A stretch of DNA of 45,422 nucleotides, taken from assembly GCA_034660555.1 (NCBI GenBank), contig JAYEJL010000104.1:1-45422 (forward strand), read 5' to 3'. The stretch's first letter is position 1. The number at the start of each line of letters is the position of its first letter. This document shows positions 1-9,167 of the stretch, piece after piece. Source of the DNA: Thermotogota bacterium (lineage in GTDB: Bacteria > Thermotogota > Thermotogae > Petrotogales > Kosmotogaceae). The notes under the pieces were generated by a model. It had not been told where the DNA came from. It did no database searches and saw only the letters and a list, made by a program, of their open reading frames with translations. A program made the translations under genes and the position numbers.

Positions 1-432
1 TCCTGAAATAAGAATTATATTGGCGTAAGGCGTAAATTCACCGGATTTTACAAAAACCTTTACTTCTTTTCGCTCCAGACTTCCATTTAAAACCATATCT
101 TTAAATTCGGGATGAGGGATGTTTTCTTCCTCAATTTTGTTACCCTTATTTCTTATTGGTTCAATTATTTCTTTGAATTTCTTGTAGATATCTGGGCTAA
201 TTGTTTTTGTTTCATTTGCAATAACAACCTTTTCGATCTCAAGTTCTTCTAGTACGGTTTTTAAAACATCTACAACCCCAGGTATTCCTCTACCAACTGA
301 AACATCAATACATTCAGTCATTTCATGTCTTGGAAATGGAAAACCTCTGTCAGTGATGACTATCATATCACCATGCCCTACTTTAGCAATTGCTTTTGAC
401 AGTTCATTGTGAAGTATTCCCTTGGTTTTCAT
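1..432 (-). CDS. rbsD: D-ribose pyranase (RbsD/FucU family), 3' end runs off the window
   Basis: Not in the ORF track. Manual translation gives MKTKGILHNELSKAIAKVGHGDMIVITDRGFP...VKSGEFTPYANIILISG, with the GHGD and GE.TPYANIIL.SG signatures. A GGAG RBS lies upstream. Confidence 0.92.
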   Translation of the reverse strand, partial: MKTKGILHNELSKAIAKVGHGDMIVITDRGFPFPRHEMTECIDVSVGRGIPGVVDVLKTVLEELEIEKVVIANETKTISPDIYKKFKEIIEPIRNKGNKIEEENIPHPEFKDMVLNGSLERKEVKVFVKSGEFTPYANIILISG

Positions 433-1465
433 AACTACTCCTCCTTTTAGATTTTTTATTTACTGAAGAGTTTCTGATAATAAGAGTTGTATCTAGCTCC
501 AGTTTTTTAGCCTCCAATTGTTTATTTGCCAATTTATTTTCGATCTTTTCAAGAAGTATATTCATCGCCAGCTGTCCTGCCTCGAATTTTGGTTGATGTA
601 CCGTAGTAAGTGCAGGTACAACAAATTGTGAGAAATACACATTATCAAAGCCTGCTATGGCGATATCTTCGGGTATTTTCAGGTTGGCTTCCTTTGCTGC
701 TTCTAACGCGCCCCAGGCCATCATATCGTTACCTGCGAACACAACGGTTGGTCTGGGGTTAAGATTCATAATTCTTAGCATCATTTCGTATCCATCGTTA
801 AATTTGAAAGAACCATAAAAAATGTGATTTCTAGAAGCAGGAATCCCGCTTTCTATTAGTGCTCTGTTAAAACCTTCCATTCTTCTAACGGCGGTCGGTA
901 CATTTTTTGGTCCGGCAATACAGGCGAACAAATTATGTCCATTCTTTAAAAAATGTTCAGCTAGTTCAGCAGATCCTTTGAAGTTGTTCGTATAAATTAC
1001 ATCAATCAATGGGTTCGTAAAACTTAAATGTCTGTCCAAAATCACCATAGGTCGGTTGTCTGTAGCTTTGAGCATTTTATTTTCATTCAATCGGGGAGCG
1101 ACATTGATTATTCCATCAACATGCTGATCGATAAAAGAATGGATTATTGAAAGTTCCCTTGTAGCTTCACCATCGGTATTACATAAAAACATTTGATATC
1201 CATTTTGCAGAGCAATACTTTCCACACCGCGGGCAACTTCAGCAAAGTATGGATTAGTTATGTCAGGAATTAGCAAACCCAGTTGAAATGTTCTCTTTAG
1301 CTTTAAGCTTCTCGCCAGTTTGCTTGGGCGGTAATTCAGCTCTTCAATGGCTTTTGTTACCCTTTTCTTTAATTTAGGACTAACGTATTTATTACCACTG
1401 AGAACATTTGAAACCGTTGCTACAGAAACATTTGCTATCTTTGCTACTTCTTTCATATTCGCCAC
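404..1465 (-). CDS. LacI-family transcriptional regulator (RbsR-like)
   Basis: N-terminal HTH MKEVAKIANVSVATVSNVL, hinge YRPSKLARSL, a sugar-binding domain with GFDN and LTTVHQP; adjacent to rbsD. Confidence 0.93.
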   Translation of the reverse strand: MANMKEVAKIANVSVATVSNVLSGNKYVSPKLKKRVTKAIEELNYRPSKLARSLKLKRTFQLGLLIPDITNPYFAEVARGVESIALQNGYQMFLCNTDGEATRELSIIHSFIDQHVDGIINVAPRLNENKMLKATDNRPMVILDRHLSFTNPLIDVIYTNNFKGSAELAEHFLKNGHNLFACIAGPKNVPTAVRRMEGFNRALIESGIPASRNHIFYGSFKFNDGYEMMLRIMNLNPRPTVVFAGNDMMAWGALEAAKEANLKIPEDIAIAGFDNVYFSQFVVPALTTVHQPKFEAGQLAMNILLEKIENKLANKQLEAKKLELDTTLIIRNSSVNKKSKRRSSYENQGNTSQ

Positions 1466-1483
1466 TGCTGAAACCTCCGCTAT

Positions 1484-1513
1484 AAGTTAAACGATTAGTT
1501 AATCGATTAACTA
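1484..1513. promoter_or_regulatory. Tandem LacI-type operators
   Basis: Perfect 18-bp palindrome TAGTTAATCGATTAACTA at 1496-1513 with a central CG, plus an overlapping imperfect copy AGTTAAACGATTAGTT, about 20-50 bp upstream of the LacI start. Confidence 0.75.
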
Positions 1514-1754
1514 CATAATAACATTTTTCGGTTTTTCAGCAAAGAACAATCTAGGCTGACTAACGAAACTTATTAAGAATCAAAACTGATTAAAGGCTTA
1601 TTTCTTAATGAAACTAAAAAATAGAAATTGTGAGTTTATAATACAAAACAATATAAAAGTTCATTTTGTGATCTCTGGAAGCAATTTTATTTAAGTTTAA
1701 TGTTACTTTTAAAGAATAAAAGGATGATTGTTATACCGTAGAAAAATTTTATAT

Positions 1755-1778
1755 AAGAAAAGGGGCAAAAAGCCCCTT
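1755..1778 (-). terminator. Intrinsic terminator after bamA
   Basis: Minus strand reads AAGGGGC-TTTTT-GCCCCTT followed by TTCTT. Confidence 0.8.
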
Positions 1779-1797
1779 AACGAATAGCATTGTTGTT

Positions 1798-4305
1798 TTA
1801 GAATACTGGTCCCATTCCGAAGAAAAATGTTCCCCAGTATGGTTTTCCTGATTCGGTTTTCAAGTTATGATACAGGGAGTTATAACCCCATCCTACTCTT
1901 ACAAGTCCCAACATGGGGACATTGAAGTCAAAACTTATACCAGCATCAAAGAGGTAGTCTGTACCTATTATGTCCGCTATATCTCTTGTTTCTCTATAAA
2001 ACACTATATCACCAAAAAGTGTGATATCTGCAGGTATTGATTTACTCCAGACTGGTAATCTAAGCTGCAATGAACCTGTGGTTATACCGTGGGCTTTGAC
2101 TCCTGTAACTTCCTGATATTTTACACGTGTATAGAGATCGGGAACCAATTTATATGATCCATAGATGCTCGACTCTTCAAAAGGGTAGAGTTGTTCCATC
2201 TTTAACCGTGCACCGAAAACTGGAGCATTGTCTCCTGATAGAAGAGCCCTCGATCCAAGTTCAATAAACTGCTTGTACTCAATACTTCCACCGATAAAAG
2301 TACTGAAATTGCTTTTTGAACTGAACAGACCATGAGAGTATAGATTTAGAGAAAATTCATTACCCTGTGTGGGTCTTTGTTGGTCATCTTTTGTCGAATA
2401 CAGATAATTAGTTCTTATGAATAGACCATTGAAATTTTTGTCTGTTGGTGTTCCTGACTTGGTAGTTTCTCCCTGTGTCTCAGTTGATATCCTTGAAATA
2501 TCATTAATGTATTCATAACCAACAGTTGTTCTGAATCTTGAAGCTGGAGAAAATCTGTAAGCAGGAGATATTGAAACCTTTATGTTTGAACGCGTACTTT
2601 CCTTTGTGATAGTACTTTGTGCTGATTCTGTCTGAGTTGCGATAAAAGTTCTTTCAGCATTATGTTGATAGGAAGCGTTCGTTCCAAGGTCCCAGTTTGT
2701 TCCTGCAATCATTGGTATACTGTAAGAAAAGTTCACATCGTATGTTGGTAGATTGAATGTTGTTTTTGTGCCTTTATCGGTAAAACTGACCTTCTTTGAT
2801 ATTTTTAAAGGGATAAGCGCGTTTATATTTGCTGAGAAATCCTGACCGTATCCGAAGGGATTGATAAAACCCACATCAAGATTGAGCGAAATGCCATCTG
2901 ACCAGCCTCCACCGCCCATGAATTTCCCATTTTTCTCTTTTTCATCGAGTTCTATTATTATGTCTATTTTGTCATTTTCCACGGGAACAGGGTTCAATGA
3001 AACTGATTCATAATATCCTGAAGCATTTAGGAAAGAATATGTGTTTCTGAACTCCTTTAATGACAGTATTTCACCTTCATTGAAAGATATGTTTTTCCAT
3101 ACAAGGTATTCTTGCGTTTTGTGTTGACCCTTGAAATTTACCTCGATTTTATTTACCCTCATTTCCCTAATCACAAAAGTAAGAAAACCCTGTTTTTCAT
3201 CAATCTTTAGCGAAATCTTCGTGAAGGGATAACCTCTATCAGTATAAAGTTCATAAATGTTCTCCAGAGCCTTGGCCACATCTTCGTTCTTTATCTTAGT
3301 GTCTTCATCAAGTTCTGTTGAATCAACGATAAGAAGTTCTGGAACATTTTCATTCCATTCAACAAAAATTGCATTTAGTTTAATGGGTTCGGATATATAT
3401 TGGACCGGTTTAAAACTCAAAGTAATTAACTTCGCCTGTCCTTTTTCGTCTTCGGGTAGTTTAACTTCGGAAAGTGTACTCATAGCGTTATTCATAGTAA
3501 AAGACAGTGCCTGGTAGACATTCTTCAAATCCCACTGACCTTCTTCATTAGCGTAGTAAGTAGAATAAAGTGCTCTTACAGCATTAACAAGTGATTCGTT
3601 TGTGGGTATGTAATCTGTTTTCTTTTTGAAAATATTTAAAATATCCGGGGTGTTAACATATTTTTTATAGAGTTTCAGTTCAATTTTCTCTTTGAGAGAA
3701 TCAGTTATTTCTTCAGATAATGGCGCTTCAATTTCTACATCCCAGAGATAATAAACCGTTATTGTAAATGTAATTTCAATATCTTCAGTTATGTTTCCCG
3801 AGATCAATTTGCTTTTATCAACTGAAAGATCCCAGGAAACTTCAAAAAATTGTTCTGCGTATCCTTTGCTCTTTATGGTGTCAAATATGTTTTCTTCAGT
3901 TTTAGGAATTTCGTAAATAAGATTTCTAGGATTCATTGGAAAATTGTTTTTTATGGTTAATGAACTAGCAATTAAAGTTTCTTTTTTGATTATTTCTGGA
4001 CCATCGTAGTTAAAAGAAACACTTACAACTGGATATTCTTTAACATTGATTATTAATTCTCCTTCATCTTTGGTTAAAGAATAATGCACTTCACTAAAAT
4101 AGCCCGTACTTCTGAGTTTTTCAATGGATGATTCAAGTTTGGTTTCATCAATTTGTTCCCTGGTTGAAATTGACAGTATATCAAGGATGTTTTTATCAGG
4201 AATAGTTTCATTACCTTCCACAATGATTTGATTTACTGTTATTGCGGAAAACATTGAAACAACTAACAAAGCAAAAATAAAAAATAAAACAAGCTTTCTA
4301 AGCAT
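1798..4305 (-). CDS. bamA: Omp85/BamA-family outer-membrane (toga) protein with POTRA domains
   Basis: Signal peptide MLRKLVLFFIFALLVVSMFSA with likely ATG at 4305 after GGGAGGT. POTRA motifs (IIVEGNETI..LRSTGYFSEV; LNASGYYESV), barrel start GGGGWS, and a C-terminal beta-signal FFFGMGPVF. Confidence 0.82.
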   Translation of the reverse strand: MLRKLVLFFIFALLVVSMFSAITVNQIIVEGNETIPDKNILDILSISTREQIDETKLESSIEKLRSTGYFSEVHYSLTKDEGELIINVKEYPVVSVSFNYDGPEIIKKETLIASSLTIKNNFPMNPRNLIYEIPKTEENIFDTIKSKGYAEQFFEVSWDLSVDKSKLISGNITEDIEITFTITVYYLWDVEIEAPLSEEITDSLKEKIELKLYKKYVNTPDILNIFKKKTDYIPTNESLVNAVRALYSTYYANEEGQWDLKNVYQALSFTMNNAMSTLSEVKLPEDEKGQAKLITLSFKPVQYISEPIKLNAIFVEWNENVPELLIVDSTELDEDTKIKNEDVAKALENIYELYTDRGYPFTKISLKIDEKQGFLTFVIREMRVNKIEVNFKGQHKTQEYLVWKNISFNEGEILSLKEFRNTYSFLNASGYYESVSLNPVPVENDKIDIIIELDEKEKNGKFMGGGGWSDGISLNLDVGFINPFGYGQDFSANINALIPLKISKKVSFTDKGTKTTFNLPTYDVNFSYSIPMIAGTNWDLGTNASYQHNAERTFIATQTESAQSTITKESTRSNIKVSISPAYRFSPASRFRTTVGYEYINDISRISTETQGETTKSGTPTDKNFNGLFIRTNYLYSTKDDQQRPTQGNEFSLNLYSHGLFSSKSNFSTFIGGSIEYKQFIELGSRALLSGDNAPVFGARLKMEQLYPFEESSIYGSYKLVPDLYTRVKYQEVTGVKAHGITTGSLQLRLPVWSKSIPADITLFGDIVFYRETRDIADIIGTDYLFDAGISFDFNVPMLGLVRVGWGYNSLYHNLKTESGKPYWGTFFFGMGPVF

Positions 4306-4858
4306 ATTCACTACCTCCCAGTGATTCTTCAGCTGAAACAAGAATATCGTAAAGTAATTTCATTTTTGATGGACTGCTGGTATAATCATCTCCCAATTTT
4401 TCCTTCAATTCTATTGAGGAAAAACTGTAGCCATCGTTTCCCAAAACTCTGCTTATGTACCAAGAAGCATTCTCTGACATTGTGAGAATGGCGAAAAGCG
4501 CTTGAGCAAGATTACCTGTAGGCTGACAATCGATATTAGACACATAAAAAGTCGCTTCTACACTAGTTCCTATACCCTTTTTAGATTTGATTGCAAATGA
4601 TCCTCCAGTGTTCTCAGCTGCAAATTTTAGCATTGGCAGTCCAAGACCAAATTTGATCTTTTTGTTTTTTTCTGTATAAAAGGGATCAATAATATCGTCA
4701 AGTTTTTCCTCATCTATACCCTTTCCATCATCAATTATCTTTATGTTAAGTGTTTTTTCAGGTTGTTCTTTGATGATTAATTTAATGCTTTTTGCTCCTG
4801 ATTCAATCGCGTTCTGGCAAATATCAACGATATGATCAGATATTGTTCTTAATCCCAA
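4298..4858 (-). CDS. Stand-alone HATPase_c (histidine-kinase-like ATPase) protein
   Basis: N box QNAIESGA, G1 DDGKGI, F box DPFYT and G2 GLGLP; no DHp or sensor domain. Confidence 0.85.
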   Translation of the reverse strand: MGLRTISDHIVDICQNAIESGAKSIKLIIKEQPEKTLNIKIIDDGKGIDEEKLDDIIDPFYTEKNKKIKFGLGLPMLKFAAENTGGSFAIKSKKGIGTSVEATFYVSNIDCQPTGNLAQALFAILTMSENASWYISRVLGNDGYSFSSIELKEKLGDDYTSSPSKMKLLYDILVSAEESLGGSEYA

Positions 4859-5607
4859 ATTATTTTCACCTTATCCCTTGAGTAATTGTTCTTGATAATA
4901 TTTTTGAAATTGTTGTAGGTTCTTCTATTGGTATCGATTTTCAATGTTGGTTTAAGCGTCTCAATACTGTGTGCATCGCTGGAGTGTATAACTGGATAAT
5001 TTTTAACAAAATTATTCTCTGATATGGTTTTTTTAAAGGTTACCTCGATTATGGGTTTTATTTTCATCTCTGGTATAAAGCCCATTTGATATAAAACACC
5101 CATCTTTCTTTCTATATGAGCAAATGCTGCAATACCTCCAAACTCATTTATGGATCCAAACACTTCGCTTATATTCAAATTAACAGGTTGACCGAGCCAA
5201 ATATTTTCTATCTCGTAATATTCATCATTTTCATCTACATATAGCTGATAACCAAATTTCTCTGGATCCACAAGGACCTTCTTCATCTTTTTTTCAAGCC
5301 ATCTGGAATAATTTTCTGCCAAGTCAACTGAACTGAAATATCCAAGTATATGTACATCTTCCAATGATTGAACTTCAATACCAGGAATGACCTCGATGCC
5401 TCTTTTTTTGAGAGCATTTTTAAAAACCCTTACATTACCGCATGAATTATGATCAGTAATTGCTATCCAGTCAATCCCGAGTTCAGATAGTCTTTTTCCA
5501 ACAGCTCCAGGAACCATAGTAATATCAGCGCATGGAGATAAACATGTATGTATATGAAAATCACAGTCAAAGTATTTTCTATCTGTCACTGATTTCAAAA
5601 CCCGCAT
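4849..5607 (-). CDS. PHP-domain metallophosphoesterase
   Basis: DFHIHT, ITDHN, GIEV, VHILGY, AHIER and SSDAH motifs. Start is uncertain (5637, 5607 or 5589). Confidence 0.88.
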   Translation of the reverse strand: MRVLKSVTDRKYFDCDFHIHTCLSPCADITMVPGAVGKRLSELGIDWIAITDHNSCGNVRVFKNALKKRGIEVIPGIEVQSLEDVHILGYFSSVDLAENYSRWLEKKMKKVLVDPEKFGYQLYVDENDEYYEIENIWLGQPVNLNISEVFGSINEFGGIAAFAHIERKMGVLYQMGFIPEMKIKPIIEVTFKKTISENNFVKNYPVIHSSDAHSIETLKPTLKIDTNRRTYNNFKNIIKNNYSRDKVKIIWD

Positions 5608-5923
5608 TAAATAAATTAAATATCGTTTGGAATCCATTGTATTTAGACGAAAGTAATGAGATATTGTTCTCTCTTGCTTTAGCTATTGTTTCTTTATCAA
5701 ATTCAAGGTTATTACACAGTATTATTGCTTTAATATCTCTAATACTCGCCACCGCTATTATATTTACGTGGGACTGTATGGTAACCCAAACAGAGTTATC
5801 AGGAGCATTTCCCATGACATCACTTAGCAGGTCTCCTGTATACCCATTGGTAATTTTGACCTCTTTATCGTTGCAATATACTTCTTCTAAATGCGTCTTT
5901 TGTATGATTTCTTTAAGCTTCAC
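5579..5923 (-). CDS. DRTGG-domain protein
   Basis: GYTGDLLSDVMG...VWVTIQSHVNIIAVA...AIILC pattern of small DRTGG proteins. Confidence 0.82.
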   Translation of the reverse strand: MKLKEIIQKTHLEEVYCNDKEVKITNGYTGDLLSDVMGNAPDNSVWVTIQSHVNIIAVASIRDIKAIILCNNLEFDKETIAKARENNISLLSSKYNGFQTIFNLFNAGFEISDR

Positions 5924-5926
5924 AGT

Positions 5927-6910
5927 TCATTCCTCCCCGTTTCGATAAAATATCATTTCTACAACGACACCTTTTCCTGCTTCTGACATAACCACCATTT
6001 TGTCAGAATATCTGCGCATATTTGGAAGTCCCATACCTGCTCCGAATCCCAGTTCTCTTATATGATCTGGAGCAGTGGTATAACCTTCTTTGAGTGCAAG
6101 TTCGACGTTTTCGATACCTTTTCCATGGTCTTCGATGCGTACTCTTATTACATCTTCATTTATCCAGCAGTAAATGAATCCTTCACTGCTACTGTGAATG
6201 ACAACATTGACTTCTGCTTCGTACGCTGTTATTGAAATCCTTCTAGCGAGTTTATCATCACCAATTTTTTTACTGAGGAAACTCTTCAATTTTGCAGCTC
6301 CCATGCCTGCCATATCTACATCGGTGTAATTAATAAGAAAAGCAAAATCAGCATGACCTTTCTTGACATATTCTCCTGTTATTAAGGATTTTTCCTGGAT
6401 TTCAATAAACCGCTCAAGCGTTTTTGTTCTTCTTTCGTCATGAACATAGATCATACGAAAACGTTCTAAAATAGATCTTAAAACATCTTTTTTTGTTACT
6501 ATACCGACAAGTTCTTTTTCTTCAGTTACAACTGGAAATCTTCCGTAAGGATACCTTTCAAATTTTCTAATCACTGATTCAAGATTTTCTTTTGGGGAAA
6601 GCGTAACGACCTTTTTTGTCATATGACTTTCAATTTTGTCTTTTATTGTTTTATTTTCTAGTGCTACAATAATATCTTCTATACTAACCAACCCTATAAG
6701 TATATTACTATCATCCACAATAGGAACCCCTGAAATCTTTCTAATCCTCATTAATTCCTTTGCCTGCCACATCGTCCGATCTTTTTTCATTTTAAATACA
6801 TTTTGATTCATTATTTCTGAGACAACTATGTAAGAAAAATATTTTCGCAACTTGTTAATTAATTCATCAAGACTGTTACTAAACAAATCACTATTCCCCC
6901 TCAAGTACAT
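5927..6910 (-). CDS. CBS-pair plus RsbT/RsbW-like Ser/Thr kinase fusion
   Basis: Two CBS domains (ISGVPIVD..GLVSIED; GRFPVV..GIVTKKD), followed by YEAEVNVVIHS, DHGKGI, EGYTTA and GFGAGMGLPNM. An alternative TTG start lies at 6886. Confidence 0.87.
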   Translation of the reverse strand: MYLRGNSDLFSNSLDELINKLRKYFSYIVVSEIMNQNVFKMKKDRTMWQAKELMRIRKISGVPIVDDSNILIGLVSIEDIIVALENKTIKDKIESHMTKKVVTLSPKENLESVIRKFERYPYGRFPVVTEEKELVGIVTKKDVLRSILERFRMIYVHDERRTKTLERFIEIQEKSLITGEYVKKGHADFAFLINYTDVDMAGMGAAKLKSFLSKKIGDDKLARRISITAYEAEVNVVIHSSSEGFIYCWINEDVIRVRIEDHGKGIENVELALKEGYTTAPDHIRELGFGAGMGLPNMRRYSDKMVVMSEAGKGVVVEMIFYRNGEE

Positions 6911-7256
6911 CCTTTAGGTTAACTTTGTAGAGCTCTCCGCAGGCCTTATACAATGAAATCTTTGAGTGTATTAAAGGAATATCAAGCTCGTTAGCAAGTA
7001 AAACTGTTTTTTCAGGGATGTCTTTCTTTCTTACAATAAGTACAGCTGCTGCACCTATCAGTGAAGCTGTTCTAACAGATTGAGGAGTATTTAACCCTGT
7101 GATCAGGAGCATATTTTGTTGTCCAAAAGCCAGTATATCACTCATCATATCAGCAGCACCCACGCTTTCTATTACAACATCTTCAAAGCTTTCGGTATCA
7201 TTTAAAATTTTGCTTTTTAGCAGTTCAGTGATTTCCTTCAGTTTCATTTTTTTCAT
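6891..7256 (-). CDS. DRTGG-domain protein
   Basis: GAADMMSDILAF...LLITGLNTPQSVRTA...LYKACGELY pattern. Confidence 0.82.
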   Translation of the reverse strand: MKKMKLKEITELLKSKILNDTESFEDVVIESVGAADMMSDILAFGQQNMLLITGLNTPQSVRTASLIGAAAVLIVRKKDIPEKTVLLANELDIPLIHSKISLYKACGELYKVNLKDVLEGE

Positions 7257-7938
7257 CCCTCCTGTTAAGAATATCGCCCCTGTATTCGTGGGTTAAAAAT
7301 GCGCTGTATACATTTGGATATTGTTTTTCAAATATTTTTGCTATTGCGATAGCATATTTCTGAATTTCGTATTGAGCGTGAGAATCAGCTCTAAGGTTTA
7401 AAAAATTCATGAGACTACGACAATTTATCGTCCAGTAGCATTCTGTGTACATAGAGGTAGGTAATACAATTCTGGCTAATTCTTTTGCTACACCCATTGA
7501 CAATAATTTTTGATACTTTTCGTAAATGTGATCCAGTTCTTCTCTGATTATGTCTATCGCATTTTTGTTCATTTCTTCGTCATCCGTTTTTACTGACCCC
7601 TGTTTATTCTCACTTTCAGGGACTCTTATTCTCTCGGGAATATACCATTCTGTTTTGAATTTCGTGTATCTTCCACTTCTTTCGTTTATTGAAGCAATTC
7701 TGTGTCTTACCAGTTGTCTCATTACAAATATGGGCAATTTTAGGTGAAATTTAAATACTATATGTTCAAAGGGGGTATGATGTTTATGTTCCATTAGATA
7801 ATTTAGAAGTTTTATATCCCGCTTTTTCGTTGTTAGGCCTTTTCCAAAACTTACTCTTGCTGACTGTACGGGAGAAAAATCGTTTCCCATAGTTTCTACC
7901 AGACGTACAAATCCTTTGTCGAGTACATTAAATTCCAC
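7225..7938 (-). CDS. thyX: Flavin-dependent thymidylate synthase
   Basis: RHR-X7-S motif RHRIASINERSGRY, plus HHTPFEH, ELARIVLP and LRADSHAQYEI. Confidence 0.97.
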   Translation of the reverse strand: MEFNVLDKGFVRLVETMGNDFSPVQSARVSFGKGLTTKKRDIKLLNYLMEHKHHTPFEHIVFKFHLKLPIFVMRQLVRHRIASINERSGRYTKFKTEWYIPERIRVPESENKQGSVKTDDEEMNKNAIDIIREELDHIYEKYQKLLSMGVAKELARIVLPTSMYTECYWTINCRSLMNFLNLRADSHAQYEIQKYAIAIAKIFEKQYPNVYSAFLTHEYRGDILNRRDEKNETEGNH

Positions 7939-7988
7939 TTAAAAAAACCTCCTATCTAAAACAGTCCAGAATTGCTAAAATAATATTA

Positions 7989-9167
7989 TTAGTCTTCATC
8001 TCTTTTTAGAGCTTCATTCTCTTCTTTGGTTCTTTTTCGTTTGAAAAAGTATTCAAGTAAAATAAGTCCAACAATGACTATTGCTGCTATGGGTATTAAT
8101 CGTTTAAAAATCACAGATAGAACCAACTTTCTTCGTAAACGATTAAGGGTTTCTTTTACATCATTCCTGTATTCTTCCATTTTGCTCATTTCCAGGTAAT
8201 ACCGTGCTAATATTTTTTTGTTGTCTACATCTGATTCAAGGTAGGCAAAACCTATATGAACCAATGCATCTGTATTATTTGGATTGTTTTCAAGTGACTT
8301 TTGATAATAATGTAATGCCGAATCAATATTACCTTCCTTCTCTGCTATTTGTCCCAGAGCATCGTAAGCTTTACTGGCAAAGTTTTTTGGTATTTCAGAG
8401 AGTTTTGTATCTTTTAATTTTAGTTCAGCTGTCCCATATTCCCCAATTATGTAATAAGAAAAACCCAGAAAGAATTTACTGAGCTCATCAGGGTTGTCGA
8501 GTCTTCTAAAATCTTCTATTACCTTTTCATATTCTCCCAGTCTATATTCGCCATTGATTAACTCATTCATAATATCTGATCCAAGATCAAGTTCTAGAGC
8601 TTTTTTTCTATATTCCATGAAAATCTCAGGATTTCTGAAACTCGATGTTGAATGATATTCAAATAACACATAGTATATATAATAAGCTTTTGGGAAGTAT
8701 TCTTCTAGATATTGTGCAAGTTTTAAAACTTTTTTTGCTGATTGGGGGTCTTTTGTTTCTTGCCAGTCATTAAAGAAAATCCTCAATGCTAAAGCATCCG
8801 AAAAAATCCCAGGATTATTTTCGCTAATTTTCTTTAATGTTGCAACTGTAGAGGTAGATACAAGTGTATTTGCTACATCGAGTGAAAATGACAAATCTTC
8901 AGGCAATACATCAACGCTGATTAATTCCAAGTATTCGTAAAATTTATTTTTATTTATTCTTGAATAAGTTTCAACATATTTTAAAGCTTCAAAAACTGCA
9001 GCAACTGCATTTTCAAAGTTACCTTCGATATGTGAGTCAAGAGTTTCAAGGTAATTCTTTGATAATAAATCATTAGCTCTCTTCTTTAGTGCTTTTTCAG
9101 TATCGTTCTGTGAAAAACCAAAAACTGCAATTAATAAGATAAGTATCAGTATAATTAACTTTTTCAT
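7989..9167 (-). CDS. Exported TPR-repeat protein with a C-terminal membrane anchor
   Basis: Signal peptide MKKLIILILILLIAVFGFS (ATGA overlap with manA), TPR AYDALGQIAEKEGNIDSALHYYQKSLENNP, a C-terminal TM helix and a basic tail. Confidence 0.7.
   Translation of the reverse strand: MKKLIILILILLIAVFGFSQNDTEKALKKRANDLLSKNYLETLDSHIEGNFENAVAAVFEALKYVETYSRINKNKFYEYLELISVDVLPEDLSFSLDVANTLVSTSTVATLKKISENNPGIFSDALALRIFFNDWQETKDPQSAKKVLKLAQYLEEYFPKAYYIYYVLFEYHSTSSFRNPEIFMEYRKKALELDLGSDIMNELINGEYRLGEYEKVIEDFRRLDNPDELSKFFLGFSYYIIGEYGTAELKLKDTKLSEIPKNFASKAYDALGQIAEKEGNIDSALHYYQKSLENNPNNTDALVHIGFAYLESDVDNKKILARYYLEMSKMEEYRNDVKETLNRLRRKLVLSVIFKRLIPIAAIVIVGLILLEYFFKRKRTKEENEALKRDED

Noticed and set aside
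404..460. LacI tail overlapping rbsD as a frameshift
   Set aside because: The domain is complete before the tail, and a 29-nt overlap is ordinary in this compact genome.
1514..1754. AT-rich intergenic stretch as an sRNA or riboswitch
   Set aside because: No convincing structure or motif was seen.
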